From positions 687,378 to 751,377 of the forward strand of contig OZ242270.1 in assembly GCA_965207095.1 (NCBI GenBank): 64,000 nucleotides of DNA, given 5' to 3'. Under the pieces are notes generated by a model that saw nothing but the letters and a program-made list of their open reading frames with translations, was not told where the DNA came from and did not search any database. The position numbers were made by a program, and so were the translations under genes. The DNA comes from Candidatus Poribacteria bacterium (lineage in GTDB: Bacteria > Poribacteria > WGA-4E > PCPOR2b). This document shows, one piece after another, positions 1-9,663 of the stretch; within the stretch, counting starts at the first letter, position 1; the number at the start of each line of letters is the position of its first letter.

Positions 1-1
1 G

Positions 2-3000
2 GCAGAGATTTATCAATCACAGAGCAGAACGGCGGAAGCGGTTGCAGCAATTGGAGAGGCGGTGATGCTTGCGCCGGATGACCTTGAAGTGCGATATAAG
101 TTGGCACGTCATTATCTGAGTCAGCGGAATGACCCAGAGGCGATGGACGAAGCAATTCTTCATCTACAGGCGTTGCGCGAACGAACCCCGGCGAATGTGG
201 TGGTGCTGCTCAAATTGGCAAACGTACTGTTGCGGCGAGAACGGGTTGAAGAAGCGAAGCGGGTCTGCATGGAGTTGAATGCCCTGCTGTGGGATGCCGA
301 TGAAGAATTTCTGAAGTATCTGAAACAGGGATTGCTCTTGATTGACCAAGGTGATATCAAAGGGGCGGCTCGATATACTCAGATTTTCGAGAACGTCCAA
401 AAGCGAAGTCCCCGCTATCAACAGGGGATTGGCGAGTTAGTGACGAACATCTTGGGGCATCCAATCGAGGAATTCAGTTCTGGGTTCAGAGCACGGGTGC
501 AAGCAAAGCAGACCCCCGCAATCGGCGTCAGCTTTGTCGATGTAACTCAGGAGATTGGACTTGGGAATCTGGAGGGCAAACGTTCTGCAATTTTGCTGGC
601 AGACTACGATAAGGACGGCGATCCCGACCTGTATACCGCCCCTCCTGACTTAAACGGTGAACCTAATATCTTTCGGAATGAGGATGGGAAATTTGTCTCC
701 GCCGGAAAACTCGGACGGCTTGGAGACATCGCTGCCTTTGCGGATATTGATAAGGATGGCGATCTAGATCTCTGTCTGTCTGGAGACGATGGGCACATCC
801 TCCTTCGCAATGATGGTGAGGGCAATTTCACCGAGATAACAGGCTTTGACGGCGACCAATCAGTTCAGGATTCAGAGCAACAAGGGAAAGAGGTAGTTCT
901 ATTCGTCGACTATGATCATGACGGGGATCTAGATCTGTTCACAACTGGCAACCGGGTGGAGATGTACCGCAACAGTGCCGACAGCGTTTTCAGCGATGTT
1001 AGCAATCAGACCTTTATTCCATCGAAACAGCCCGGGGCACGGGATGCAGCACTCGCTGATTTTGACGATGACGGCGATATAGATCTATTTATCGTAAATG
1101 ATGCGACGGGCTGTACGCTCTTCACAAACCTACGTCAGGGAAAGATGCAGGCACTAACCGATGTGGTAGGTATATCCCAAAATGATACTTTCACAGCGGT
1201 CGCGGTTGGCGATTACGATAACGATGGTGATATTGACCTATTTCTGGCTACGGACGGTGAGACACCTCATCAGCTTTATAGAAACCGCGGTGATGGCACC
1301 TATGCTCTTGATGCGCGTTCGGACGAAGCAGCGATGGACGCTGCGAAGGGGGTACGTGGTTCAGATGCCCATTTCCTCGATTATGACAACGATGGCTTTT
1401 TGGATCTGTGCCTTATTGGTGAATCACGAGCAGCCGATGGTCGTGGCGTTTTCCTGTTTCGGAACGATGGGACGGGACGTTTCACCGATGCCTCAAATTT
1501 GTTGGCGGAGACGGTTCGGAGTGGCGGTGATGGCGTCGTTGGCGATTACGACAACGACGGGGACCTCGACCTCTTCCTGATTAATTCCAACGGTGGCGTA
1601 GCTGCGCTGCGCAACGAGGGCGGCAACCAAAACAGTTGGCTGGAAGTGAAACTGGAAGGTGTCGATGCCGGAAACAATAAAAACAATATAGACGGCATCG
1701 GCACAAAAGTGGAGCTCAAGGCAGGCGAGCTTTACCAGATGAAATATGTCACCGATCCAGTAACGCGTTTCGGTTTGGGAAAAGAGAAACAGGCGGATGT
1801 GCTACGGGTTGTCTGGACAAATGGGGTCCCGCAAAATGTCATCACCCCCAAATCCAACCAGCGCATACTCGAAAAGCAGGTGTTGAAGGGATCGTGTCCA
1901 TTCCTCTACGTCTATGACGGTGATGGTTACCAATTTGTAACGGATCTCTTGTGGCGCAGCCCGCTGGGGATGGCCACGCCGATGGGATTTCTCGCGGCTG
2001 CTGAAACCGCGGATTACGTCAAGATTCCCGGTGAACTGATGAAGCCGAAAGCGGGTGTGTATTCGATTCAGGTTACAGAGGAACTGTGGGAGACCGCCTA
2101 TTTCGATCTGGTCAAGCTGCTCGTCGTAGACCACCCCGCCGGCACACAAATCTTCACCGATGAGAGATACACACCGCCACCGTTTCCAGAGTTCAAGATC
2201 TACACGGCGAAAGAGATTCATTACCCACGCATAGCCCTCGATCACCAAGGATACGATGTCTCCGATGCACTCAAAGCGGTCGATTATCGCTATGCGATTG
2301 AACATGAACCGGGGGTGTTTCAGGGTGTCGTTGATCCCCACTTCATCGTGCTCGATTTGGGAGATGTGCCTGATGATCAAGGACTTACCTTATTCCTTAC
2401 CGGCTGGATTTTCCCAACAGATACCAGCATCAACTTTTCACTTTCGCAGAATCCGTCAATTAACCCAGCTTTCCCTCACCTACAGGTTCGTGATGAGGGC
2501 GGAAAGTGGCAGACGGTCATCAACCCCATCGGCATCCCTGCGGGAAAGAACAAGACCATCTGCATCGATCTGACGGGCAAATTCCTTTCGGACGATCGGC
2601 AGGTCAAGATTGCGACTGATATGCAGATTTACTGGGATTCAGCCTTCTTTGCTATTGGCGGGGAGGACGTGCCGACCCGTATCACGACGTTATCTCCGAG
2701 CCACGCAGACCTCCACTATCGCGGCTTTTCTAAGATGTATCGCCCAACCCCACACGCACCGCATCTGTTTGATTACAATGCGGTTGAAACAGCAGGACAG
2801 TGGCGAGATCTGGCGGGACATTATACCCGGTACGGGGAAGTAACATCCTTGATAGCGGAGATTGATGATATGTATGTCATCCTGAATGCGGGGGACGAGA
2901 TGACCGTCGAGTTTGATGCGGAGGCACTGCCGCCATTGGAAGCGGGTTGGACACGGGATTTTATTCTCTATAGCGATGGGTGGGACAAGGATGGCGACAT

Positions 3001-3160
3001 CAATACGCTGACTTCGCAGACGGTGGGACCGCTGCCATTTCACGGCATGTCCACCTACCCGTATCCCGCCTCGGAAAAGTATCCAGAGACCCCAGCGCAT
3101 CTCCGCTATCAACTCAAATACAACACGCGGCGTGTGACGCATGACCTGCCGCGCTTTTGA
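2..3160 (+). CDS. TPR + FG-GAP/VCBS-repeat protein with C-terminal ASPIC/UnbV domain (CRTAC1 family); 5' partial, no stop upstream of window start
   Basis: Open frame from nt 2. N-terminal TPR-like helices. More than 8 repeats of the D-x-D-x-DGDxDL calcium-binding FG-GAP motif (DYDKDGDPDL, DIDKDGDLDL, DYDHDGDLDL, DFDDDGDIDL, DYDNDGDIDL, DYDNDGFLDL, DYDNDGDLDL). C-terminal region typical of ASPIC/UnbV. Confidence 0.8.
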   Translation, partial: AEIYQSQSRTAEAVAAIGEAVMLAPDDLEVRYKLARHYLSQRNDPEAMDEAILHLQALRERTPANVVVLLKLANVLLRRERVEEAKRVCMELNALLWDADEEFLKYLKQGLLLIDQGDIKGAARYTQIFENVQKRSPRYQQGIGELVTNILGHPIEEFSSGFRARVQAKQTPAIGVSFVDVTQEIGLGNLEGKRSAILLADYDKDGDPDLYTAPPDLNGEPNIFRNEDGKFVSAGKLGRLGDIAAFADIDKDGDLDLCLSGDDGHILLRNDGEGNFTEITGFDGDQSVQDSEQQGKEVVLFVDYDHDGDLDLFTTGNRVEMYRNSADSVFSDVSNQTFIPSKQPGARDAALADFDDDGDIDLFIVNDATGCTLFTNLRQGKMQALTDVVGISQNDTFTAVAVGDYDNDGDIDLFLATDGETPHQLYRNRGDGTYALDARSDEAAMDAAKGVRGSDAHFLDYDNDGFLDLCLIGESRAADGRGVFLFRNDGTGRFTDASNLLAETVRSGGDGVVGDYDNDGDLDLFLINSNGGVAALRNEGGNQNSWLEVKLEGVDAGNNKNNIDGIGTKVELKAGELYQMKYVTDPVTRFGLGKEKQADVLRVVWTNGVPQNVITPKSNQRILEKQVLKGSCPFLYVYDGDGYQFVTDLLWRSPLGMATPMGFLAAAETADYVKIPGELMKPKAGVYSIQVTEELWETAYFDLVKLLVVDHPAGTQIFTDERYTPPPFPEFKIYTAKEIHYPRIALDHQGYDVSDALKAVDYRYAIEHEPGVFQGVVDPHFIVLDLGDVPDDQGLTLFLTGWIFPTDTSINFSLSQNPSINPAFPHLQVRDEGGKWQTVINPIGIPAGKNKTICIDLTGKFLSDDRQVKIATDMQIYWDSAFFAIGGEDVPTRITTLSPSHADLHYRGFSKMYRPTPHAPHLFDYNAVETAGQWRDLAGHYTRYGEVTSLIAEIDDMYVILNAGDEMTVEFDAEALPPLEAGWTRDFILYSDGWDKDGDINTLTSQTVGPLPFHGMSTYPYPASEKYPETPAHLRYQLKYNTRRVTHDLPRF

Positions 3161-3177
3161 GGAAAATCGGTCCTAAG

Positions 3178-3266
3178 AGGGAAACCACAAGTTTCTTAAT
3201 CCCGATTCATCGGGGGGTTGCCCCTACAAGAATCAACAGATGTAGGGGCAGGTCTTGTGCCTGCCC
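3178..3266. repeat. Structured intergenic repeat family D, copy 1 (multi-hairpin: CCCGATTCATCGGGG; CCCCTACA..TGTAGGGG; GGCAGG..CCTGCC)
   Basis: A near-identical ~90-nt sequence recurs at 12909-13024, seen by direct comparison. Confidence 0.5.
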
Positions 3267-3290
3267 AAAATACTTACACGAGGTCTTGAA

Positions 3291-4307
3291 ATGCAAGCCA
3301 AAGCACTTGTCTGTGACGAAAATCAGAACTTTAGCTACGCTGCTGTCACCCTGCCTGATCCGGGACCGGAACACATCGTGATACGAGCACTGTTCAGCGG
3401 GGTTAGTATTGGAACGGAGTTTGCCTTCATCCGCAACAAAATACTGACTTGGGGAGAGTATCCACTGTGCACCGGCTATCAAGGGGTCGGTGTCATTGAG
3501 CACGCCGGCGATAAGGTCGATAGGTTCAAAGCTGGCGATAAGGTCTATTACCGCGACAACCGGGAGGGGATGCGGTTATCCGATGGACAGGAGGTTTCAA
3601 CCGCAGCCGGTGTACACTGCTCTGCTGCGCTTGTCAAACCGCACACAACGCACGGCTTAGAATTGCTGCCCGACGATGTTCCCGCTGACGCTGCGAGTCT
3701 GTTTGTGATGCCAGCGGTCGGCTTGAACGGTGTTGACATGGCAAATCCCCGAATGGGGGATGTCGTCGCGGTCTACGGCGCGGGATTGGTCGGATTGGGG
3801 GTCATGGCGGCCTGTAGCCATCGGGGCTGCGTCGTCGTTGCCATTGATCTCGCGCAGAACAGGCTGGAGGTCGCCCAAAAACTTGGTGCGGATTACCTAA
3901 TCAACGGTTCTACCCAAAACGTGGTGGAAACGCTACAAAAGATTGCGCCTGAAGGTGCCGATGTGGTCTTTGAATCTACCGGTATTCCTGCGTGTGTCGA
4001 TCCGGCGATTGAGCTGTGTAGACGACACGGCAAGTTTATACTTCAAGGACATTACGGTACAGATCCGCTCTCCTACCAATTTGCACCGCCCCACGGCAAA
4101 CGATTGACGATGTTCTACCCGTGTGACGACGGCTTCGCGCCGTGCCGACGTGCCGTGCTCAAGAATATGGCGACGGGTGTCCTGCCGTGGCATCATACGA
4201 TTACACATCGCGTCGAAGCGGAGGATTCACCAGCCCTGTACGATGCGATTAATAAAGACAAAGCCCAGGATGTGGTCGGTGCGGTTATACGATGGTCGGA
4301 AGAGTGA
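3291..4307 (+). CDS. Zn-dependent alcohol dehydrogenase family (MDR superfamily) oxidoreductase
   Basis: GAGG RBS before the ATG at 3291 (the ORF track starts at 3255). Rossmann motif GAGLVGLGV. GroES-like N-terminal domain. Confidence 0.7.
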   Translation: MQAKALVCDENQNFSYAAVTLPDPGPEHIVIRALFSGVSIGTEFAFIRNKILTWGEYPLCTGYQGVGVIEHAGDKVDRFKAGDKVYYRDNREGMRLSDGQEVSTAAGVHCSAALVKPHTTHGLELLPDDVPADAASLFVMPAVGLNGVDMANPRMGDVVAVYGAGLVGLGVMAACSHRGCVVVAIDLAQNRLEVAQKLGADYLINGSTQNVVETLQKIAPEGADVVFESTGIPACVDPAIELCRRHGKFILQGHYGTDPLSYQFAPPHGKRLTMFYPCDDGFAPCRRAVLKNMATGVLPWHHTITHRVEAEDSPALYDAINKDKAQDVVGAVIRWSEE

Positions 4308-4349
4308 GTATTGTGCCGCACGGAGGCGTTCGGAAGGAGAAAGCGTAGA

Positions 4350-5205
4350 ATGAGTGGAATACTAATCACCGGTACCAGCGGATTTATCGGACGTGCACTC
4401 GCCCAATCAATGGCGAAAGACCACGAAGTTTTCTGTATCTCCAGGCAGAGAACAGAAGTAGCGGGTGTGACGGCGATTCAAGGGGATTTTACGTCGCCCG
4501 ACGACCTGCGAAAATTAGATCCAACCAAGATTGATGTCGTGGTTCACCTTGCGGCGGTAACGGGTGGCGGGACCGAGGATGAACTGCTCCGAGTCAATGT
4601 TATGGGAACATACCAACTGGTGCGGTATCTTATAGACGGCGGCTGTAAAAAGTTTGTGCTCGCCAGTTCGATTGCGGCAGTCGGAATGCAGTCTCCTCTG
4701 TTCAGACCGCTGCAGTTGCCGATGCCCGACGAACACCCGTGTCTGGATCGGGTGGGATACGGGTTCTCGAAGTATATGATGGAGGAGGTCTCACGCTATC
4801 TCGCACGTCAGAACGAGGATCTGGATTTCATCAACATCCGCTTAGCGAGCATCGCGCCCGACGACCGTGAGTTGACACCCAGAAAGGCAGGACCGGTAGG
4901 GACAGTGGTCGATGGGAACGATTTCGTACATGTACCTCAACGATACGGTTCGCTGTCTGACGCTTGCCGCAGAAGCCTCGCATAAACCGGGGGTTCGTAT
5001 CCTGAACGCGGTGGGGGCACAAGCGTGTGTCGAGGACAGTGTCCCTGAAATTATTCGTGGGTGGTACGGCGCGGATGCCGACCAGATAGATCTCTCCCAC
5101 TACACACGTCCCGGACATGAAAGGGATCCGGTGTACGAGATCAACCGAATCGAGGAAGAGTTAGGCTTTGTGCCTGAACGGAGTGTTCTTGAAAATTTGG
5201 GTTGA
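4350..5205 (+). pseudogene. NAD-dependent epimerase/dehydratase (SDR family) split by an apparent +1 frameshift near nt ~4930
   Basis: N-terminus ITGTSGFIGRAL with catalytic YGFSK in frame 0 (4350-4985). The C-terminal third (..NDTVRCLTLAAEA..) continues in the +1 frame (4912-5205). Removing one C from a CC dinucleotide at ~4930 restores the typical FVHV-NDTVRCL motif. Confidence 0.6.
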
Positions 5206-5228
5206 AGCGCCGTCGAATCCCTTTTTCT

Positions 5229-5372
5229 TATAGTGGACCTAAGGATTAATGAAACACGCCAAACCGATGCGGTTGGAAACCGCAGCTACTGGGTTCGAGT
5301 GAATGCGGTGCGGTTGGAAACCGCACCTACCGGAGGGCGAAAGTGTCTATTTATTTTTCGAATTCACAATAA
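5229..5372. mobile_element. MITE-like interspersed repeat family A, copy 1
   Basis: Shares termini (5' TATAGTGGACCTAAGGATTAATGAAACAC .. 3' GTGTCTATTTATTTTTCGAATTCACAATA) and internal palindromic modules TGCGGTTGGAAACCGCA x2 with the copies at 7736, 18849, 24285 and 61591. Confidence 0.6.
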
Positions 5373-5377
5373 ATACA

Positions 5378-6811
5378 CTACGGAAAGATTCCGAGTTGCA
5401 TATAGGATCGGGCGACCTTATCGATTGCGATAACGAATGCCGCCGTTCTCAGGTCCACCGCTGCTCCAAGCCCCTTTGATTCCCTTCTAATTTCATCGTA
5501 TGCGGTCACCATCGTTTCCTCAAGCGCGGCATCCACCAAATCCTCTTCCGTGGCACCATGCGCCAAGCGATTTCGATCAGTTTTTGAAAATTGCTGACCC
5601 GACAGGCTTTCCATCGCCTTCAAAAGATTTCTGTCCCTATTTTCCTCAAAACGTCTTTCCAACTGACCGAACCGCACATGCGAAAGGTTCTTGAGCCACT
5701 CAAAATAGGAGATGGTAACACCGCCCGCGTTCAGATACACGTCTGGAATAACCGCCACCCCTTTTGCCCTAAGAATCTCATCTGCTTCGGGGGTTGTTGG
5801 CCCGTTTGCGGCTTCCGCGACAATCTTGGCTCTGATTTGAGAGGCGTTCTCACGGGTAATCTGATTTTCGAGCGCTGCAGGAATGAGGATGTCACATTCC
5901 TGTTCAAGGATGTCAACCAAGTCTGGGAGATTGGTCGCCCCAGGAAAATCGAGAAGGGAATCTTTTTCGGATCGATGCTGGTAGACCTCCTCAACAGCTA
6001 ACCCTTTCGGATTGTAGATGGCACCGGTCATGTCCGCTAATCCAACAATCACCGCCCCACCTTCTTCCAAAAATTTGGCACTGTGGTACCCAACGTTGCC
6101 AAATCCCTGAATGACAACCGATTTACCCTCCAAGCCCGGCGTCAGCCCGATCGCCTTCATATCCTCCGAGAAACCGCACGCCTCCCGGATGCCGAAGTAC
6201 ACGCCTCTACCTGTGGCCGCTGTCCGCCCATAAATACCACCGAGTTCCAGCGGCTTTCCCGTCACACATGCCCAGCCTTCCAATTTATCTGGCGTAAATG
6301 ATTTATAGGTATCGGCGATCCATGCCATTTCACGCTCCCCGGTACCGTAATCGGGGGCGGGAACATCTATGCCCGGACCGATGAAATTCTTCTGAATCAG
6401 TTCGTACGTATAGCGGCGGGTGATGCGCTCCAATTCCGCGGTGGAGTAGTTCTTGGTATCGATCTGAACGCCCCCTTTCGCCCCACCGAACGGCACATCG
6501 ACGATGGTACATTTGTATGTCATCAGGGCAGCGAGCGCGATCACCTCGTCCTCATTGACCAACGTACTATAACGGATTCCACCTTTTGTCGGCTGTTTGT
6601 GATGACTATGTTCCGCTCGCCACGCGTGGATGACTTCAATCTCTCCATCATCTCTTTTGAGCGGAAATGTCATGTGACAGACGCTGTTGCAGATTTTGAT
6701 CTGCTCAAGTAGACCGGGAGGGTAGTCGGTGAACTGAGCGGCTCTGTCAAAGTTAAGGTTAACCTGTTGAAAAAACGAGCCCTCTGGCGCCATTTCTACT
6801 GTTCTCCTCAC
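5378..6811 (-). CDS. Glu/Leu/Phe/Val dehydrogenase family (glutamate dehydrogenase)
   Basis: PFGGAKGG catalytic-lysine motif, GFGNVG NAD(P)-binding motif, KGGIRY region. Confidence 0.85.
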   Translation of the reverse strand: MRRTVEMAPEGSFFQQVNLNFDRAAQFTDYPPGLLEQIKICNSVCHMTFPLKRDDGEIEVIHAWRAEHSHHKQPTKGGIRYSTLVNEDEVIALAALMTYKCTIVDVPFGGAKGGVQIDTKNYSTAELERITRRYTYELIQKNFIGPGIDVPAPDYGTGEREMAWIADTYKSFTPDKLEGWACVTGKPLELGGIYGRTAATGRGVYFGIREACGFSEDMKAIGLTPGLEGKSVVIQGFGNVGYHSAKFLEEGGAVIVGLADMTGAIYNPKGLAVEEVYQHRSEKDSLLDFPGATNLPDLVDILEQECDILIPAALENQITRENASQIRAKIVAEAANGPTTPEADEILRAKGVAVIPDVYLNAGGVTISYFEWLKNLSHVRFGQLERRFEENRDRNLLKAMESLSGQQFSKTDRNRLAHGATEEDLVDAALEETMVTAYDEIRRESKGLGAAVDLRTAAFVIAIDKVARSYMQLGIFP

Positions 6812-6842
6812 AAAAATCGAAGGAATGTAGTAAAGCGGAAAT

Positions 6843-7715
6843 TTACCGTTGCCAGCGATAGCGCACGGCGTCTTTCCCCGCCATCAGCGCGAACTCCCAA
6901 CGTTCACACCATGTCTTATAATCGGTCTGCAGCGCATCTGGGCGGAACTTGCTGCGCATGAGGAACGTCGGATAGAAGGGACGACCCGATGGCATATAGG
7001 CATCGTGATAGCGCAGGTCAAAGCTCCAGCGAACCTCGTCCGACTCATTAGGAAGCGCGTGATGCAGCGTGTAGTTGTGGAATAGGATCAGCCCACCTGC
7101 GGGAACAGGCAGCGGCTTAGATTTGATGGGTGGACGTTCTTCCTCGGGCACGTTCAATCCGGGTGTATACGCATGTTGCCGGAGGCCATATTTATGGCTG
7201 CCGGGCAGCACCGCGAGACAACCGTTCTCCAGTGTTGCGTCCACGACAGGCACCCAAACAGTCAGCATAAAGTGTTGATCGGTGTCGGGCCAACATACGC
7301 CGATGTCCTGATGGAAATGGGTCGGAGAGCCACCGGTCGCACGGTGCGGCAGAACCGCTCGGATATGCTGGATGGGATTACACACGATCTCCGAACCGCA
7401 GAGCGATTCCGCTACATCCAGAATCTTCGGGTTTTTCAAAAAGTTGAAGGTTGCCTCTCCGCGTTCCTGCATAATGTCCAGATTTCCAGCAACTTCTGGA
7501 GCCTCCTTCGATAGCAGGAGCAACCGCCGCGTGAACGGTTCGTCCTCATGCAGCGAACTTATTTTTTCCTCGGCGTACAGTTTCTGTGCACGCCCCTCAA
7601 TAATATCGGAGTACTCATCAATGACTGGCTGCAGGTCGTCCACATCCAGCACATTTTCCAACCGTAGGTAACCGTCCTCGTGGAATAAAGAAATTTGATC
7701 TTCCGTCAAGTGCAT
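6843..7715 (-). CDS. Phytanoyl-CoA dioxygenase (PhyH) family Fe(II)/2OG oxygenase
   Basis: HFHQD (H-x-D) motif followed by [22 protein letters not shown], typical of PhyH. Confidence 0.7.
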   Translation of the reverse strand: MHLTEDQISLFHEDGYLRLENVLDVDDLQPVIDEYSDIIEGRAQKLYAEEKISSLHEDEPFTRRLLLLSKEAPEVAGNLDIMQERGEATFNFLKNPKILDVAESLCGSEIVCNPIQHIRAVLPHRATGGSPTHFHQDIGVCWPDTDQHFMLTVWVPVVDATLENGCLAVLPGSHKYGLRQHAYTPGLNVPEEERPPIKSKPLPVPAGGLILFHNYTLHHALPNESDEVRWSFDLRYHDAYMPSGRPFYPTFLMRSKFRPDALQTDYKTWCERWEFALMAGKDAVRYRWQR

Positions 7716-7735
7716 AGTGGTTATCTCCTTGTTAT

Positions 7736-7908
7736 TTATGGTAGATTTCAGAATTAATGAGACACTCCAAACCGGTTGCAGTTAGGAAACCGCTCCCTAC
7801 CGTTCTGCCGTTTGGTAGGCACTGTTTCCAACAGTGTCGATGCGGTGCGGTTGGAAACCGCACCTACCAAGGGCGAAAGCGTCTATTTATTTTTAGAATT
7901 CACCATAG
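7736..7908. mobile_element. MITE-like interspersed repeat family A, copy 2
   Basis: TATGGTAGATTTCAGAATTAATGAGACAC ... GTCTATTTATTTTTAGAATTCACCATAG. The 5' flank is identical over 30 nt to copy 5 at 61591. Confidence 0.65.
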
Positions 7909-8311
7909 TATGCGGGCCTGATGCTTCCATAAGCACCCTGACCCATTCTCGGTTCGTTACTGAAAAAACCGCTGAACAGAAACTACGCCTGTGAGGCAGA
8001 CAACAACGCCTTTTCGACTGCGGTAGGCAGTTGCATCAGATGAAAGCGGCTGGCTGTATAAGCATAGTCTTCCCCACTTTCATCTATAACGCGAATATAG
8101 CCATGTGCCGTAGCGTCATCGTCAGGGATCACACGATACAATTTCCCTACCTCAAGAGAAGCAGGGTATCCTTCATTACTGAGACATAGACCAAATTGCG
8201 GAAACTGGTTTTTCTATTTTATTCATCACTAAAACGTATTGGACCATCAACGAGACGGGTATCTGCTGCTATTAATAAAACCGCAGCTCCTGCCGCCATT
8301 GTAACGGCAGA

Positions 8312-8560
8312 TTAGGCATCAGCAGCTTGGTCCACAGTAGACATTGGATGGACTTTCATTGGTTCATAGTAGAGTAGCATGATCTGATCAGGACGCAAAC
8401 CTACTGACTCATAAGTGCGTCCGTCACGGTCACTGAATTCTACTTCAAAGGCTTTACCGTCTGCAAGAATTTCAACCACTGTACCGACTTGCCCACGTCT
8501 GAGATTATATTCAGGCAAATCGCCTATAAGGGCAACCCCATCGAATAGTTTGATATCCAT
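8312..8560 (-). CDS. DUF4926 domain protein
   Basis: Pattern FDGVALIGDLPEYNLRRGQVGTVVEILADGKAFEVEF is characteristic of DUF4926. Confidence 0.55.
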   Translation of the reverse strand: MDIKLFDGVALIGDLPEYNLRRGQVGTVVEILADGKAFEVEFSDRDGRTYESVGLRPDQIMLLYYEPMKVHPMSTVDQAADA

Positions 8561-8580
8561 GCTCTCTCACCTCCAGCATC

Positions 8581-8955
8581 CTACAATGGGTAACAAGATG
8601 TTAATCTTGGTGTATCTGAATCGTGTTCAATGATCCAAGCACTCCGAATCATCGCCTGTTTGCTGCGCCAAACAAGCATAAAGTCAACGACGTAGCGTTG
8701 ACCATAGGCATCACGTCGTCCCGGTTGTCCGTCGTGTGTCTTAATCGCTTCCAACAAAACGCTGCGCAATTCTTCTGCATCATCAGCGGTCATGCTAAGT
8801 GCAGCTATAAATAAGCGTGCTTTATGCTTTCCATGCTCATGCGTCGAATTCAGGCAGTAATCACGCAACTTGCGAATATCCACAACAGCATCTTCAGCGT
8901 TTGGTACTTTCATCACTGCTCCGAATTTCGGCATGCGGAAATACAGCAGCGACAT
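8581..8955 (-). CDS. DUF6883 domain protein (true start probably the internal Met at 8913)
   Basis: MKVPNAEDAVVDIRKLRDYCLNSTHEHGKHKARLF matches the DUF6883 N-terminal signature. DUF6883 and DUF4926 genes are commonly adjacent. Confidence 0.5.
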   Translation of the reverse strand: MSLLYFRMPKFGAVMKVPNAEDAVVDIRKLRDYCLNSTHEHGKHKARLFIAALSMTADDAEELRSVLLEAIKTHDGQPGRRDAYGQRYVVDFMLVWRSKQAMIRSAWIIEHDSDTPRLTSCYPL

Positions 8956-9062
8956 CCGGTTCTAACTGGATAACTTGTCCCCTGAAACTCTTCCGCTTAG
9001 GACCAACTTTTCTCACCCGTAAACTCTTCAAATCGCACTCTGGACGAAGTTCATCGTCCATC
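8894..9062 (-). CDS. Possible short BrnA/DUF4415-like antitoxin remnant (56 aa, not in ORF track)
   Basis: Own translation of the minus strand gives MDDELRPECDLKSLRVRKVGPKRKSFRGQVIQLEPDVAAVFPHAEIRSSDESTKR. The ..QLEPDVAAVFP.. segment resembles the RLDDDVAKIFP segment of the gene at 9318-9524. Confidence 0.25.
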
Positions 9063-9107
9063 TTGGTCTCAGTTTTCTGTATAATCTTCTCTTTTCCTTG
9101 CCTCTAA

Positions 9108-9311
9108 CTACACCCATAATTCTTGCGTATCAAAGCGAAGTGCTGCTTGAATCCCCTCTTTAGTTAAACGCGGATGTGCTTCAAGGAGTTGCTCAACAGT
9201 TTCACCCGCAGCGAGTTTTTCCAGAATCAATTCTACCGTGATACGCGTACCCGCAACGACGGGCTTCCCCATCATGATTGATGGATCGGATTGTATAAGT
9301 TTTGTGTCCAT
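9108..9311 (-). CDS. DUF433 domain protein (antitoxin-like)
   Basis: MMGKPVVAGTRITVELILEKLAAGETVEQLLEAHPRLTKEGIQAAL matches the DUF433 consensus (GKPvi.GTRi.ve.il..l..G.s.eeil..yP.lt.e.i.aal). Confidence 0.7.
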   Translation of the reverse strand: MDTKLIQSDPSIMMGKPVVAGTRITVELILEKLAAGETVEQLLEAHPRLTKEGIQAALRFDTQELWV

Positions 9312-9317
9312 AACGTG

Positions 9318-9524
9318 CTATGCCTTTTGTTGATGCTGGTCAATAATTTTTCCCAACGCTCTCAAAGCAGAGTTCACTGATTTAGCATCAGGAAATATTT
9401 TGGCAACATCATCGTCAAGCCTAACAATATTTGTGCCTTCCCGATATCTCTGGGCATATTTGCCCCGAACGCCTTTACTGAAATCGTATTCATCAAGTAA
9501 ATCCGGATCTTGTTGATTGAGCAT
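9318..9524 (-). CDS. BrnA/DUF4415-family antitoxin-like protein
   Basis: DEYDFSKGVRGKYA motif followed by IVRLDDDVAKIF and ALRAL, as in BrnA-type antitoxins. No BrnT (DUF497) gene is adjacent. Confidence 0.55.
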   Translation of the reverse strand: MLNQQDPDLLDEYDFSKGVRGKYAQRYREGTNIVRLDDDVAKIFPDAKSVNSALRALGKIIDQHQQKA

Positions 9525-9663
9525 CGTTTTCTCTATAGCTTATCCCGTCGCAAATACTTTCCAGTTGAAACTGCTTCAAAAACCTGATAGAATTAGAACA
9601 ATTATACAACCCCTTCCAAACCCTTGTCAAACCCAAAACTGCGGTCAAGGGAGAGCCCCAGCC

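Noticed and set aside
160-2380. Numerous 60-200-aa ORFs on the opposite strand or in alternative frames of long genes (e.g. 160-421, 604-831, 1182-1580, 1802-2380, and similar throughout the track)
   Set aside because: They lie entirely within well-supported longer CDSs and have biased, low-complexity composition. I treat them as frame shadows.
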